NCBI GenBank assembly: GCA_036517395.1
Contig: DATDWN010000010.1
Span: 33,922 to 97,921, forward strand
Direction: 5' to 3'
Source: Minisyncoccota bacterium
GTDB taxonomy: Bacteria; Patescibacteriota; Minisyncoccia; Phycocordibacterales; DATDWN01
DNA: 64,000 nucleotides
The translations under genes were made by a program, and so were the position numbers. The notes under the pieces are model-generated. The model had not been told where the DNA came from, searched no databases, and saw only the letters and a list, made by a program, of their open reading frames with translations. Of the stretch, positions 8,438 to 18,370 are shown one piece after another. Numbering within the stretch: the first letter of the stretch is position 1; every line of letters begins with the position of its first letter.

Positions 8438-8460
8438 AATCCCACATCTCTGCGGGATTT
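8438..8460 (+). terminator. Stem-loop aaatccc-acatctctgc-gggattt after the lexA operon
   Basis: 7-bp perfect stem immediately after the mazF-like stop. The T-run is weak. Confidence 0.4.
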
Positions 8461-8542
8461 CTCGGAGCCTTTCGGCACTTTGTAACAAAAGTATATATGA
8501 ATGAATATAAATGTCAAGTATAAAATGTGGTAATATAAAAAT

Positions 8543-9109
8543 ATGGATCAATTTTTAATTGAAGCTAGAAGGCTGATGTATAGTGAAGTTGAGAAAACTG
8601 GAATTCCAGCAAAAGCACAGGTTGATTTAGCTGTGGAAAAAGGTATCGAGTTGGCCAAGAGACTCAATGTGAATGTGGATATTATTGAAGCAAGTACACT
8701 ACTCATGGATTGCATGGTTGGGCAGGCTGTAAAGGCTAAACGACTGAATGATCACGTCAGCATGTCACTTGAAAAAGCGAAGGAATTATTGAATCAATCT
8801 TCTTTATCAATAAAAGAAAAAGATAATATATATCATTGCATATTGGAGCATCATGGTGTTGAGAAATTTTATTCTCTTGAATCTGAAATTTGTTGCAATG
8901 CAGATTGTTATAAATTTGCTTCGATGAGAGGTTTTGTTATAGCTTTAAGATATACAAGAGACATGCCGCTAAAGGATTTGGTCGCATTACTCACACAAAA
9001 AGTAGAGGAAAAATGGAGTATTGTCAGTCTTCAGTCGGTCAAAGACGATTTAAAAGATCAATACCAAATGGTTACTAAAATACTTCATAACTTATCATTA
9101 GAAATATGA
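8543..9109 (+). CDS. Hypothetical protein (degenerate HD-domain-like)
   Basis: ASTLLMDCMVGQ resembles the HD motif, with the His replaced. Confidence 0.35.
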   Translation: MDQFLIEARRLMYSEVEKTGIPAKAQVDLAVEKGIELAKRLNVNVDIIEASTLLMDCMVGQAVKAKRLNDHVSMSLEKAKELLNQSSLSIKEKDNIYHCILEHHGVEKFYSLESEICCNADCYKFASMRGFVIALRYTRDMPLKDLVALLTQKVEEKWSIVSLQSVKDDLKDQYQMVTKILHNLSLEI

Positions 9110-9726
9110 AACTAACAAAATATGAACAATCGGGGTTTGTGTTGGAGACTGATGCTGGATTTCGGTTGGCTTTTGATATTGGAGCATATACTCCTGTCGA
9201 AAAGCTAGAGGGTGTAGCGGTAGATGCAATGCTGGTCTCGCATCTGCACGGCGATCACTTTTCACCTGAACAGATAAAAGCACTTAGTGCTAAAAAACTT
9301 TACTTAAATCAGGAATGTGTGGATTTGTGGGGAGAAGGAGGTAATGGTATTGAAGTAGAAAGAGTTAAGGTTGGGGATAGTGTTAAAATCGGAGAGATTA
9401 GTGTGGAACTTTTTGATGTTAATCATGGGACAAATATTTCAATGAGACCAAAAGAGAACTTTGGTTTTTTGATGAAAGCAGATGGGCGGACTGTCTATTT
9501 TGCTGGGGATATGTTTTATGAGTCAGGTATGGATGTGAGTAGTCTTGAAGTTGATTTTGCACTTATACCAGTCGGAATTTTTTATACATTTGGTCCGGAA
9601 GAGGCTTTTGATTTTGCCAAGAAGTTCAAAGGGATTGGCAAAATTATCCCAATGCATTATGAAAAAACTCCAGGGACAAAAAGTAAGTTTATGGAATTAG
9701 CAAAAGGAACATTTGAATTAGAATAA
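9106..9726 (+). CDS. MBL-fold metallo-hydrolase
   Basis: HLHGDH zinc-binding motif (VSHLHGDHF). Confidence 0.7.
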   Translation: MKLTKYEQSGFVLETDAGFRLAFDIGAYTPVEKLEGVAVDAMLVSHLHGDHFSPEQIKALSAKKLYLNQECVDLWGEGGNGIEVERVKVGDSVKIGEISVELFDVNHGTNISMRPKENFGFLMKADGRTVYFAGDMFYESGMDVSSLEVDFALIPVGIFYTFGPEEAFDFAKKFKGIGKIIPMHYEKTPGTKSKFMELAKGTFELE

Positions 9727-9733
9727 ATATCCC

Positions 9734-10120
9734 ATGGTCAGATACAAAATGAGAGTTATACGTGGAGCGTTTACCGATCCTACTGTACTGGATCAGCTGA
9801 ACGCTGTCATTATTGAAAAATATGATCGGGATGAGTGGATAAGTATTGACGAAGTAGTGGTTACACTAGATGAGGTAGAACAGTTACAGAAGTTAATGAT
9901 AAAACATTACGACGACCCAGATGTTCCTTGGTATATGGACGGATACCAAGTTGATGATAAGAACAAAATGATTGTCGCTTTTGGAGCTGATGATGGTGAA
10001 GGGGGAAGAATCTTTCAGTTTGATCGTAGTGATAAAAATATGATGCAAATCGTTGCTAAGTATGGAGTATTAAAAGGCATTCCTGCAGAACAGATGGATT
10101 TTGGAGAGATTGATTTCTAA
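9734..10120 (+). CDS. Hypothetical protein
   Basis: 128-aa ORF with no recognisable motif. Confidence 0.4.
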   Translation: MVRYKMRVIRGAFTDPTVLDQLNAVIIEKYDRDEWISIDEVVVTLDEVEQLQKLMIKHYDDPDVPWYMDGYQVDDKNKMIVAFGADDGEGGRIFQFDRSDKNMMQIVAKYGVLKGIPAEQMDFGEIDF

Positions 10121-10379
10121 TAATATGAAAATATTTGTTAAAGCTAAGGCGGGGGCTAGGGAGAATAAAGTGGTTCCGCCTGTGGCAAGACTTTTGCCAC
10201 TTGGGGATGATGAAGAGGAGTTTTATAGCGTGTCTGTAAAAGAGCCACCACGGCAAGGAAAAGCCAATGAGGCAATAATGAAAGCGTTGGCAGAGTATTT
10301 CAAGGTCTCATTTTCAGAAATTCGACTAGTTTCTGGCGCTTCTTCAAAGAAAAAAGTTTTCGAGATCAAAAATCAATGA
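10101..10379 (+). CDS. DUF167/YggU-family protein
   Basis: MKIFVKAKAGAREN...SVSVKEPPRQGKANEAIMKALAEYF matches the YggU/UPF0235 pattern. Confidence 0.6.
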   Translation: MERLISNNMKIFVKAKAGARENKVVPPVARLLPLGDDEEEFYSVSVKEPPRQGKANEAIMKALAEYFKVSFSEIRLVSGASSKKKVFEIKNQ

Positions 10380-10452
10380 GATTAACTGTTGATATCGGAG
10401 GGTTACAAATTCCCTTGAGATGATATAATTAACACATTATCAGTTAGTCACA

Positions 10453-10574
10453 AGAACTTCCAAATCTGAGACAAGGTCGCGTATAAAATAGAAAAATAGA
10501 TTGGAGACGTACATGTCGTACGATGACAATCATTTTTCTATTTTAGACGAGTGAGTGCTAGATTTGGAAGTTCT
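10453..10574. repeat. 122-bp nested palindrome (outer arms agaacttccaaatct / agatttggaagttct; inner arms aaatagaaaaatagattgg / caatcatttttctattt; centre cgtacatgtcgtacg)
   Basis: Two nested inverted repeats with near-perfect symmetry, lying between a promoter-like TTACAA..TATAAT and the 10583 gene. Confidence 0.7.
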
Positions 10575-10582
10575 AACACAAA

Positions 10583-10837
10583 ATGAATCAACATAAAGTG
10601 GGAATGACGTTAGGTGCGTTTGCTGGTCTAGTGCATTTGGTTTGGGAGGTTATGATCGCTCTAGGATGGGCACAGGGGTATTTGGATTTTGTCTTAAGCA
10701 TGCATTCTCTAAACAATCCATACACGGTTCAAGCTTTTAATCTCGGTCGCGGGATAATGCTCGTCGTGATTGCTTGCGTTATGGGTTATGTGGTTGGATC
10801 GGTCTTTGCTGTTATCTACAACAGAGTTCATAAGTAA
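10583..10837 (+). CDS. Small membrane protein (84 aa, 2 TM)
   Basis: Two hydrophobic helices. Confidence 0.4.
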   Translation: MNQHKVGMTLGAFAGLVHLVWEVMIALGWAQGYLDFVLSMHSLNNPYTVQAFNLGRGIMLVVIACVMGYVVGSVFAVIYNRVHK

Positions 10838-10975
10838 TTTCTGGTCTAATGTATGGGTGTAAAAAAGTCAATGGTTTGGGGCTAGTCCCGCAGTGAAGTT
10901 GGCATCTGTATTTTATGCACAGTAAATCTGTGCTAGACAGACTTCTACTACTGTGGATAACCCATTTGACATTAT

Positions 10976-11004
10976 TTGACAGGTTACAACCCCTTGTGTA
11001 TACT
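10976..11004 (+). promoter_or_regulatory. Sigma-70-type promoter TTGACA-17-TATACT upstream of rpoB leader
   Basis: Exact -35 hexamer with 17-bp spacer. Confidence 0.5.
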
Positions 11005-11171
11005 CTACTTGACTTCACCAAGCACCAAAAGATATTAGTGCTCGGTAAATATGATTGAGTTTTGTCCGATTGGGGAGTCGGAATTTCGCAGTAAATTTTT
11101 AGAAATTATAGGCGGGTAAGTTTTTAGAATATTTTGCGTTTCAATCGCTAACAAAATAACACAAACAAAAT

Positions 11172-11210
11172 AGACCTTGGGGAAGGTCTGTTTTGTGTTT
11201 TTGTTTTCTT
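11172..11210 (+). terminator. Intrinsic terminator/attenuator hairpin agacctt-gggg-aaggtct followed by a T-rich run, 27 nt before the rpoB ATG
   Basis: 7-bp stem with tetraloop, then TGTTTTGTGTTTTTGTTTTCTTTT. Confidence 0.55.
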
Positions 11211-11236
11211 TTATTTATTAAAAACATAAATTTTTT

Positions 11237-14200
11237 ATGCAAAATTTACCATCTGCAACAGGAGTACGTCCGCAGAAGTTTTTCAGTCGCTTCAAGAAGC
11301 CGCTTTTACCGACACCGAACTTTGTCGAATCTCAACTGAACTCTTTCAAGTGGCTCACGGAGAAAGGTCTTTCAGAGGTCTTCACCGAGTTTTCTTCCAT
11401 AAAAGATTATTCGGAGAAAAAGTTCACTTTGGATTTTACTGGCTTTGAACTAGCCCAAGCCAAGTACGACGAGTACTATGCAAAGGACAACAAGCTTTCA
11501 TACGAAGCACCACTGAAAGTCAAGGTAAGGCTAAAAAATCATATTCTTGGCACAGAAAAAGAGCAGGAGATTTTCATGGCGGATTTTCCTCTGATGACTT
11601 CTCACGGTACTTTCATAATTTCCGGCATAGAGCGGGTTATCGTTCCTCAGCTGGCCCGATCCTACGGTGTTTTCTTTACAGCCAGTGAAGTCAAGGGCCG
11701 TAAACTTTTTGGGGCTAAGATTATACCTTCTAGGGGAGCATGGGTGGAGATTGAGTCTGACGCAGATGGTATGATTTTCGTTCGCATTGATCGCAAAAGA
11801 AAGTTTCCTGGCACCACTCTCTTGCGTGTCTTGGGGGCAAAAGATGATGGGGCTATAAAAAAACTTTTCGAAGGTGATAAATTTGCTACGGCGGCTATAG
11901 AAAAAACTCTTTTGAAAGATCACGGCAAAAGTATTGACGAGGCCTATATTGAAATACACAAAAGATTGCGTGATGGTGACTTGGCCACAGCAGAGAACGC
12001 CAAAGAATTTATTGATTCTATATTTGGAGGAGATCGCTATGATCTGTCTCCTGTCGGACGACATATGTTCAACAAGAGGTTTAATAAAAAGATGACAGAG
12101 GCGGAGCTGAAACGAAAAACTTTATCACTCGAAGACGTTGTTACTATTGTTTCTCATATCGCACTTCTAAACAATACTCCGCATGCAGTAGAGGATGATA
12201 TCGATCACCTCGGCACAAGGCGCGTCAGATTTGTCGGAGAACTTTTCCAGCAAAACATCCGCAAGGGAATGGCCCAGATCAAGCGAAATATCCAGAACAG
12301 AATGTCTACTATTGATACGGACGTCACTTTACCCGTACAGTTTGTGGCTCCTCGCCCACTTCAAGCTCGTATAAAAGAATTTTTTACAACCAACCAGCTT
12401 TCACAGTTTATGCTTCAGGAAAATTCTTTGGCCGAAATAGAACACTTGAGAACACTCTCTGCCCTCGGCGCGGGAGGCTTGAACCGTACTCGGGCTGGGT
12501 TTGAAGTGCGTGATGTCCACACTTCTCACTATGGCCGACTTTGTCCAATCCACACACCAGAAGGTCCGAACATTGGACTGGTTTTGCGTATGGCTATTTA
12601 CGCTAGAATCAACGCTTTCGGAATGATAGAAACCCCATACGCCAAAGTAAAAAGCGGAAAAGTGACAGACGAGATAGTTTATCTAAACGCTTCCCAAGAG
12701 GAGGAATACGCTATCGCTCACGCCGCTACTCCGGTAGACGAAACTGGCAAAATAACTGTGGCCCTAGTGGAAGTACGAAAAGAAGGTGAGCCAAGAGCTG
12801 TGCCAAAAGATCAGGTTGATTTTATGGATGTTTCTACAAGTCAGGCTTTTTCTATCGCCACATCTATGATTCCTTTTCTAAACCACAACAAAACTGACAG
12901 AGCGCTGATGGCATCAAACATGCAGAAACAGGCAACTCCTTGTATCGTTCCAGAGGCGCCTCTTGTGGCAACTGGTATGGAAACGAGTGCTATTCGTGAT
13001 ACTGGACGCCTTGTTATAGCGGGAGAAGAGGGCACAGTGACACACTCCGATGGTTTGAAAGTAGCAGTAAAAAATAGTAAAGGAAAAGAAATAGTTCACA
13101 ACTTAGTCAGATTTTCACGAACAAATGGTTTCACCGCTTTTCATCAGAGACCGAGTGTAAATGTGGGAGACAAGGTAAAGTTGGGTGATATCCTAGCGGA
13201 CACAAGCGCAAGTCAAAATGGTCAGTCCGCCATAGGTCAAAACATGCTTACGGCTTTCATGTCGTGGGGTGGTTCAAACTACGAAGACGCTATTATTCTT
13301 TCTGAAAGAGTTGTCAAAGATTCCAAGTTCACATCTATCCACATCGAAGAGTTTGTTGTAAATGTGCGTGATACGAAACTCGGTCCAGAAGTAACGACAT
13401 GCGATATTCCAAACGTAGGTGAAAGTAAACTGAAAAATCTTGCTGAAGATGGAATTGTCAGAGTCGGCGCTGAGGTCAGATCTGGAGATATTTTGGTGGG
13501 AAAGATTACTCCAAAGGGCGAGACACAACTAACACCAGAGGAGAGACTTTTGCGTAGTCTCTTCGGTGAAAAGGCTCACGATGTAAAAGATACATCAAAG
13601 AGAATGGAGGGTGGAAAGCGTGGACGAATCATAAAGGTTCAGATTTTCTCCCGAGAAAAAGGCGACAAACTTGATTCCGGAATTATAAAAAGAATACATA
13701 TTGAGGTAGCTCAACTGCGAAATGTTTCAGTTGGTGACAAACTGGCTGGACGACATGGAAACAAAGGTGTCATCTCGCGAATACTTCCAGAGGAGGACAT
13801 GCCTTATATGGCTGATGGAACTCCTGTTGATGTGATTTTGACTCCGCTCGGTGTGCCAAGCCGCATGAACTTGGGGCAAATATTGGAACTTCACTTAGGT
13901 CTTGCCGCTCATACTCTCGGTTATCAAGCAATAGTTCCGCCTTTTATCGGAGCAACGGGGCAAGAAATCAAAGCGGAGCTTGTGAAAGCGGGATTTCCCG
14001 AGAGTGGCAAGATAAAACTTTTTGATGGTCGAACGGGCGAAGCCTTTGAGAGGGATGTTGCCGTCGGATACATGTACATTATTAAACTTCACCACATGGT
14101 TGAAGATAAAATCCACATGCGTTCTATCGGGCCGTATTCTCTTATTACCCAGCAACCACTTGGTGGAAAGGCACAGAACGGAGGTCAAAGATTTGGAGAA

Positions 14201-14434
14201 ATGGAAGTCTGGGCTCTTCTCGGTCACGGAGCGGCGCATACTTTGCAGGAAATTTTAACTATCAAATCAGACGATATTGTTGGTCGCTCGGCTGCCTTTG
14301 ATGCAATAGTTAAAGGTCTGCCAATAACACAGCTTAACACTCCAGCCTCGTTTAATGTGCTTCTGAACAATCTTCGCGGACTAGCACTTGATGTGCAGAT
14401 AAAGAAAGGGTCGAAGGAGGAGAAGATAACGTAA
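11237..14434 (+). CDS. rpoB: DNA-directed RNA polymerase subunit beta
   Basis: Full-length match to RpoB conserved blocks (e.g. the NMQRQAVP-like region, GDKLAGRHGNKGV). Compact, 1065 aa. Confidence 0.97.
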   Translation: MQNLPSATGVRPQKFFSRFKKPLLPTPNFVESQLNSFKWLTEKGLSEVFTEFSSIKDYSEKKFTLDFTGFELAQAKYDEYYAKDNKLSYEAPLKVKVRLKNHILGTEKEQEIFMADFPLMTSHGTFIISGIERVIVPQLARSYGVFFTASEVKGRKLFGAKIIPSRGAWVEIESDADGMIFVRIDRKRKFPGTTLLRVLGAKDDGAIKKLFEGDKFATAAIEKTLLKDHGKSIDEAYIEIHKRLRDGDLATAENAKEFIDSIFGGDRYDLSPVGRHMFNKRFNKKMTEAELKRKTLSLEDVVTIVSHIALLNNTPHAVEDDIDHLGTRRVRFVGELFQQNIRKGMAQIKRNIQNRMSTIDTDVTLPVQFVAPRPLQARIKEFFTTNQLSQFMLQENSLAEIEHLRTLSALGAGGLNRTRAGFEVRDVHTSHYGRLCPIHTPEGPNIGLVLRMAIYARINAFGMIETPYAKVKSGKVTDEIVYLNASQEEEYAIAHAATPVDETGKITVALVEVRKEGEPRAVPKDQVDFMDVSTSQAFSIATSMIPFLNHNKTDRALMASNMQKQATPCIVPEAPLVATGMETSAIRDTGRLVIAGEEGTVTHSDGLKVAVKNSKGKEIVHNLVRFSRTNGFTAFHQRPSVNVGDKVKLGDILADTSASQNGQSAIGQNMLTAFMSWGGSNYEDAIILSERVVKDSKFTSIHIEEFVVNVRDTKLGPEVTTCDIPNVGESKLKNLAEDGIVRVGAEVRSGDILVGKITPKGETQLTPEERLLRSLFGEKAHDVKDTSKRMEGGKRGRIIKVQIFSREKGDKLDSGIIKRIHIEVAQLRNVSVGDKLAGRHGNKGVISRILPEEDMPYMADGTPVDVILTPLGVPSRMNLGQILELHLGLAAHTLGYQAIVPPFIGATGQEIKAELVKAGFPESGKIKLFDGRTGEAFERDVAVGYMYIIKLHHMVEDKIHMRSIGPYSLITQQPLGGKAQNGGQRFGEMEVWALLGHGAAHTLQEILTIKSDDIVGRSAAFDAIVKGLPITQLNTPASFNVLLNNLRGLALDVQIKKGSKEEKIT

Positions 14435-14565
14435 TTTTCAATTATCAATTTTACAATTTACAATCAATTTTCAAATAACAATGAATTAATTTTCAAAATT
14501 AGAAATTGAAACATTGCAAATTCAATAAAAATTAAAAATTAAAAATTGGAAATTTATTCAACATC
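14435..14565. repeat. AT-rich intergenic repeat family B (caatt/aattg-rich, about 120 bp), copy 1
   Basis: Homologous to 61006..61116 and 61693..61812. Begins ttcaattatcaatttt and ends gaaattgg/aaaattgaaaattt. Confidence 0.7.
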
Positions 14566-17500
14566 ATGATCAAATCAAAATACGCAGAAAGTTCAAACGA
14601 TTTTGAAACCATAGCTCTGAAAATAGCAAGTCCTGAGAGGATAAGGGAGTGGTCTTTTGGTGAAGTAACAAAACCGGAAACCATAAACTATCGTACACAA
14701 AGAAGTGAGAAGAACGGTTTGTTTGATGAAAAAATATTTGGTCCGGACAAAGACTATGAGTGTTACTGTGGTAAATATCGGGGTATCCGTTACAAGGGAA
14801 TTATTTGTGAAAAATGTGGAGTGGAAATTACACGCTCTATTGTTAGACGAGAAAGAATGGGTCACATTGAGTTGGCTACAGTGGTTTCTCATATATGGTT
14901 TTTGAAATCGATGCCAAGCAGGATAAACCTCGTTCTAGGTATTCCAACAGCGGACATTGAAAAAGTCATATACTTTGCCGGTTATATAATCACAAAAGTT
15001 TCCGAGGAGGATCGCACTCGGTATTTGAAGGATCTTGATTCTGAGTACAAGTCCAAAGTGAAGTCACTTCAGGATGAGAAGACAAAAGAGGCAGTCAAAG
15101 AAATGCTTCTCAACGCCAAGAGGGAAATCGAATCTATCCAAGAGGGGCGAGTTCTGGATGAGGTGGAATATTACAACTTTGGCATGAAATACGGGACTAT
15201 GTTTGAAGCGTCTATAGGAGCTGAAGCTATCTATAACATTTTCAAAAAAATCGACCTTCATAAACTCCTCTCCCAACTGAAGACTGAACTGGAAAAAGCA
15301 AGTAGCCTTGAGTCAGTAAAAATAAATAAAAGAATCGGTGTCATATGTGCCATGATTAATTCTGGTATAAGACCGGAATGGATGTTTTTGACAAATATTC
15401 CTGTTATGCCACCAGCTCTTCGTCCTATGGTGCCACTCGATGGAGGAAGATATGCAACCAGTGATGTTAACGACCTCTACAGGCGAGTAATAAATCGTAA
15501 CAATCGATTGAAAAAATTGAAAGAAATTTCCGCCCCGGATGTTATTTTGCGAAATGAGAAAAGAATATTGCAAGAAGCGGTTGATGCTTTGATTGATAAC
15601 TCCATAAGGCACGGTTCAGCCTCGGGCGCTATAAATCAGTCACAAAGACGACCTCTAAAATCCATCGCCGACAATCTCAAAGGCAAACGCGGTATTTTCC
15701 GTCAAAACCTTTTGGGTAAAAGGGTTGATTACTCTGGACGCTCTGTTATCGTGGTCGGCCCTGATCTCCACTTGAATCAATGTGGTTTGCCAAAGCATAT
15801 GGCTCTCGAGCTTTTCAAGCCTTTTGTTATATCGCAACTTTTGCAGAAAGAACTGTCCTATAACATTCGCGGAGCATCGAAGCTCATAGAGGATGGAATT
15901 CCTGAAGTGTGGGCAATTTTAGAGGAGGTTATTTCGACAAGATTTGTTCTTTTGAACCGCGCACCAACTTTGCACAGACTGGGCATTCAGGCTTTTCGTC
16001 CGGTTCTTATTGAAGGAAACGCTATCCAGGTTCATCCGCTAGTATGTTCGGCTTTCAACGCCGACTTCGATGGTGATCAGATGGCCGTTCATGTGCCACT
16101 TTCTGACGAAGCTCAAATGGAAGCTCGAGAAATAATGGCCTCTGACAAAAACATTTTGAAACCTGGTTCTGGAGATCCGACTGTTTCGGCCAAAATGCTG
16201 GATATCGTACTAGGTTGTTACTGGATGACAAAAGAAATTGCCCTAGAAAAGGGAGAGGGCAAATTTTTCTCATCTCCAAATGCCGCTATAACGGCCTATG
16301 ATCTCGGGGCTTTGTCTTTCCGTGCAAAGGTAAAAATTCTAGCGCCAGAAAATGACAGATATCGACAGTTTGATGGAAAACTTTTCGAGACAACAGTGGG
16401 AAGGCTTTTATTTAATTCCATCTTACCTCGAGATTATCCATTCATGAACAATGAGATCAACCGAGAGAAGATGTCTCTTTTGGTTGATGATCTTATTGAC
16501 AGATATGGTATTGAAAATGTGCCAAACATCATAGACAAAATAAAATCTTTTGGTTTTAAGTATGCTACTCACTCCGGTGTGACTTGGGGTATTGATGACA
16601 TAGTTATTCCGGAAGGCAAGAAAGATATTATATTAAAATCAAAAGAAAAGTCGGACATTGTTGTGGAGCATTTCAACCAAGGACTTATTTCTAAAGAAGA
16701 AAGATTGCGGCAAACTATAGAGATTTGGCATGGAGCTAAAGCCGATTTGGAAAAACTAATGCCAGGGACCTTGCCGAAAAATGGTTCCGTGAGCGATATG
16801 GTGCTTTCCAAGGCTCGAGGAACGATGTCAAACATTACACAGATGGCCGGTATGATTGGACTTATCGCAAACAATGCCGGAGAGACTATTGAATTCCCAA
16901 TCATATCTTGTTCGCAGGAAGGATTAACACCCCTTGAATATTTCATCACAACTCACGGTGGTAGAAAGGGTCTGACCGATACAGCTCTGAATACGGCTAA
17001 ATCCGGATATCTTACTCGAAAAATGTTCGTGGTGGCTCAGGACACTATTATCACAGAGGAGGACTGTGGCACAAAAGAAGGTGTAATAATAGACAAGCAC
17101 GCAATCTCCGGCATAGAGATCCCCATTGCAAAACATATAAAGGGTAGGTTTCTTTCGGCCGATGTTGTGGCCAAGGACGGCAAGGTTTTGTTCAAAAAGG
17201 ATCATTTGGTGACGAAAAAAGAAGCTCTAGAAATTGAAAACTCCGGAGTCAGTTCCGTTTCTGTTAGATCGCCGCTTTCGTGCAAGACTTTAAACGGTAT
17301 CTGTGTCAAATGTTATGGTGTTGATTTGGGTAAAAATAAAGTTGTTGAACTTGGTGAAGCCGTGGGTACTGTGGCCGGACAAGCTATTGGAGAGCCGGGA
17401 ACACAACTAACTATGAATACCAAACACGCTGGAGCAGCTTTGGTTTCCGGAGATATTGTTCAGGGTTTGCCTCGTGTGGAGGAGCTTTTTGAAAAAAGAA

Positions 17501-18243
17501 AACCAAAAAATCCGGCTATCGTCTGTTCTGTTGGAGGCACTATTTCGGAAATACGCGTTACGGACAAGGAAAAAGTTATTGTTATAACTCCAAACCTGGA
17601 AGATAGAACCAAAACAAAAGACAAGATCGAATACTCGATTTCTCTCAACCGAACAGTTTTGGTCAAAGTCGGGGATGAAGTCAAAAAAGGCCAAATGATT
17701 ACGGACGGTTCGGCTGACATTGATGAGCTCTTCAAATTTGCTGGACGAGATAAAACTATTGACTATATTATTCACGAAATCAACAAGCCGTACGAACTTC
17801 AGGGAGAAACCGTTTCTCGAAAACATATTGAAACTATCGTTAGACAAATGTTCTCACGAAAGAGAGTGAAGTCCCCCGGGGATTCCGTTTTTCTAGAGGG
17901 AGATATTGTAGAGGAAGCATTCTTTGTTGAAGAAAATAATCGATTGAAGACTGAAGGGAAAGAAGAGGCCAAAGCCGAAGGAGTGGTTATGGGTATTACT
18001 GATGTTTCACTTTCTCGAAAGAGTTTCTTGGCGGCGGCTTCCTTCCAACACACAACGAGAATGCTTATCTCAAGCGCTATCAAGGGTAACGCTGACCAAC
18101 TTTCCGGGTTGATGGAAAACGTTATTCTAGGACGACTTATTCCGGCCGGTACTGGATTCAAGGGGAGCAAGAAAGCGGCGATGATTGCCGAAATGAGAGC
18201 GACCCGACCTGTGGTGTATGAAGATAGGAATCGATTTCAGTAA
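14566..18243 (+). CDS. rpoC: DNA-directed RNA polymerase subunit beta-prime
   Basis: Zn-binding CxxC..CxxC at the N-terminus, NADFDGD catalytic motif. 1225 aa. Confidence 0.97.
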   Translation: MIKSKYAESSNDFETIALKIASPERIREWSFGEVTKPETINYRTQRSEKNGLFDEKIFGPDKDYECYCGKYRGIRYKGIICEKCGVEITRSIVRRERMGHIELATVVSHIWFLKSMPSRINLVLGIPTADIEKVIYFAGYIITKVSEEDRTRYLKDLDSEYKSKVKSLQDEKTKEAVKEMLLNAKREIESIQEGRVLDEVEYYNFGMKYGTMFEASIGAEAIYNIFKKIDLHKLLSQLKTELEKASSLESVKINKRIGVICAMINSGIRPEWMFLTNIPVMPPALRPMVPLDGGRYATSDVNDLYRRVINRNNRLKKLKEISAPDVILRNEKRILQEAVDALIDNSIRHGSASGAINQSQRRPLKSIADNLKGKRGIFRQNLLGKRVDYSGRSVIVVGPDLHLNQCGLPKHMALELFKPFVISQLLQKELSYNIRGASKLIEDGIPEVWAILEEVISTRFVLLNRAPTLHRLGIQAFRPVLIEGNAIQVHPLVCSAFNADFDGDQMAVHVPLSDEAQMEAREIMASDKNILKPGSGDPTVSAKMLDIVLGCYWMTKEIALEKGEGKFFSSPNAAITAYDLGALSFRAKVKILAPENDRYRQFDGKLFETTVGRLLFNSILPRDYPFMNNEINREKMSLLVDDLIDRYGIENVPNIIDKIKSFGFKYATHSGVTWGIDDIVIPEGKKDIILKSKEKSDIVVEHFNQGLISKEERLRQTIEIWHGAKADLEKLMPGTLPKNGSVSDMVLSKARGTMSNITQMAGMIGLIANNAGETIEFPIISCSQEGLTPLEYFITTHGGRKGLTDTALNTAKSGYLTRKMFVVAQDTIITEEDCGTKEGVIIDKHAISGIEIPIAKHIKGRFLSADVVAKDGKVLFKKDHLVTKKEALEIENSGVSSVSVRSPLSCKTLNGICVKCYGVDLGKNKVVELGEAVGTVAGQAIGEPGTQLTMNTKHAGAALVSGDIVQGLPRVEELFEKRKPKNPAIVCSVGGTISEIRVTDKEKVIVITPNLEDRTKTKDKIEYSISLNRTVLVKVGDEVKKGQMITDGSADIDELFKFAGRDKTIDYIIHEINKPYELQGETVSRKHIETIVRQMFSRKRVKSPGDSVFLEGDIVEEAFFVEENNRLKTEGKEEAKAEGVVMGITDVSLSRKSFLAAASFQHTTRMLISSAIKGNADQLSGLMENVILGRLIPAGTGFKGSKKAAMIAEMRATRPVVYEDRNRFQ

Positions 18244-18370
18244 TTAACCTAATTTCTAATTATTCTAATTAACCTAAATAATAACCAAGTTCCAATGAAT
18301 CAATTGGAATTTGTATGTTGGGATTTATTTAGAAATTAGAATAATTAGGTCAATTAGAAATTTTTAATCC
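18244..18370. repeat. Palindromic AT-rich intergenic repeat family A (aatttctaattattctaatt...ttagaaattagaataattagg), copy 1
   Basis: Near-identical to 54735..54850 and 28420..28505. Partial copies at 35100..35150 and 59190..59216. Confidence 0.75.

Noticed and set aside
11531-18170. Numerous 60-180-aa ORFs antisense or out of frame within rpoB and rpoC (e.g. 11531..12064 on the minus strand, 14593..14892 on the minus strand, 17407..17847 on the minus strand)
   Set aside because: Embedded in highly conserved essential genes. No motifs. Typical shadow ORFs.
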